From positions 1 to 36,527 of the forward strand of contig JBBTTS010000048.1 in the NCBI GenBank assembly GCA_038064135.1: 36,527 bases of DNA. Direction: 5' to 3'. This DNA comes from Patescibacteria group bacterium. Its GTDB lineage: Bacteria > Patescibacteriota > Saccharimonadia > Saccharimonadales > OMJO01. Shown in pieces: positions 36,282 to 36,527 of this stretch; position 1 is the first letter of the stretch, and each line of letters begins with the position of its first letter. The notes under the pieces are model-generated. The model was not told where the DNA came from, ran no database searches, and saw only the letters and a program-made list of their open reading frames with translations. Position numbers and translations under genes: made by a program.

Positions 36282-36527
36282 TACTAAAACATTACCAGTT
36301 ACAGACCAGAGTCGTCACGTTTCCTAACCCTAAGAATATGAAAGGTCTCAAGGCTAAGCTGAACAGACTAGTTGTGCTTCAAGTACGGACATGTATCTTT
36401 ATCGTAAGGACAGTTTATGGCTGATTCCATGATCTTAGTTCGTAGCTCTACTGCAATCGGATCATCTGACTTTGTCAAGCTACCATTTTAACGAACAACT
36501 TGTCTCGTTCAATTGAATTGGTTTTGA

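Noticed and set aside
36368-36527. 3' end of a minus-strand gene (…IMESAINCPYDKDTCPYLKHN*)
   Set aside because: The frame is closed by a stop near 36490 unless a frameshift is assumed; too short and too near the edge to call.

Overview
Core chromosomal segment of a Patescibacteria (CPR) bacterium, most likely Saccharibacteria-like (inferred from protein features). The backbone is mostly minus-strand: recR(partial)-ybaB-membrane protein-dnaB-dnaX, and a dispersed tRNA-Thr-rpmG...tRNA-Trp...secE-nusG-rplK-rplA...rplJ-rplL cluster with L10 and L1 leaders. It also holds a dcd plus tmk-thyX fusion pair, a GT2, an orphan PAS kinase and a GT4-GH57-GH15 alpha-glucan cluster. The main interest is the tRNA-Trp locus. 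(1) An orphan 5' half of a different tRNA-Trp allele is followed by an HNH nuclease whose stop codon lies inside an intact tRNA-Trp. (2) A ~12.3 kb island (18089-30379, 8-bp repeat CCCTGCCA) is integrated in the tRNA 3' end and carries a large serine recombinase (LSR), a P-loop ATPase, and a type I RM system with an embedded Abi_C/HEPN-like gene. The recombination site lies inside the LSR gene. Integrated, the protein reads antisense through the tRNA; rejoining the ends by hand gives a short in-frame C-terminus. The right end carries a T-loop-like octamer 5 bp further from the core than in the tRNA. A second site with the same geometry at 35594-35622 suggests another island edge. The LSR has a strongly paired 5' leader, and an unexplained structured transcript lies at ~6560-7190. 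All pairings and counts were done by eye; no database searches were run.
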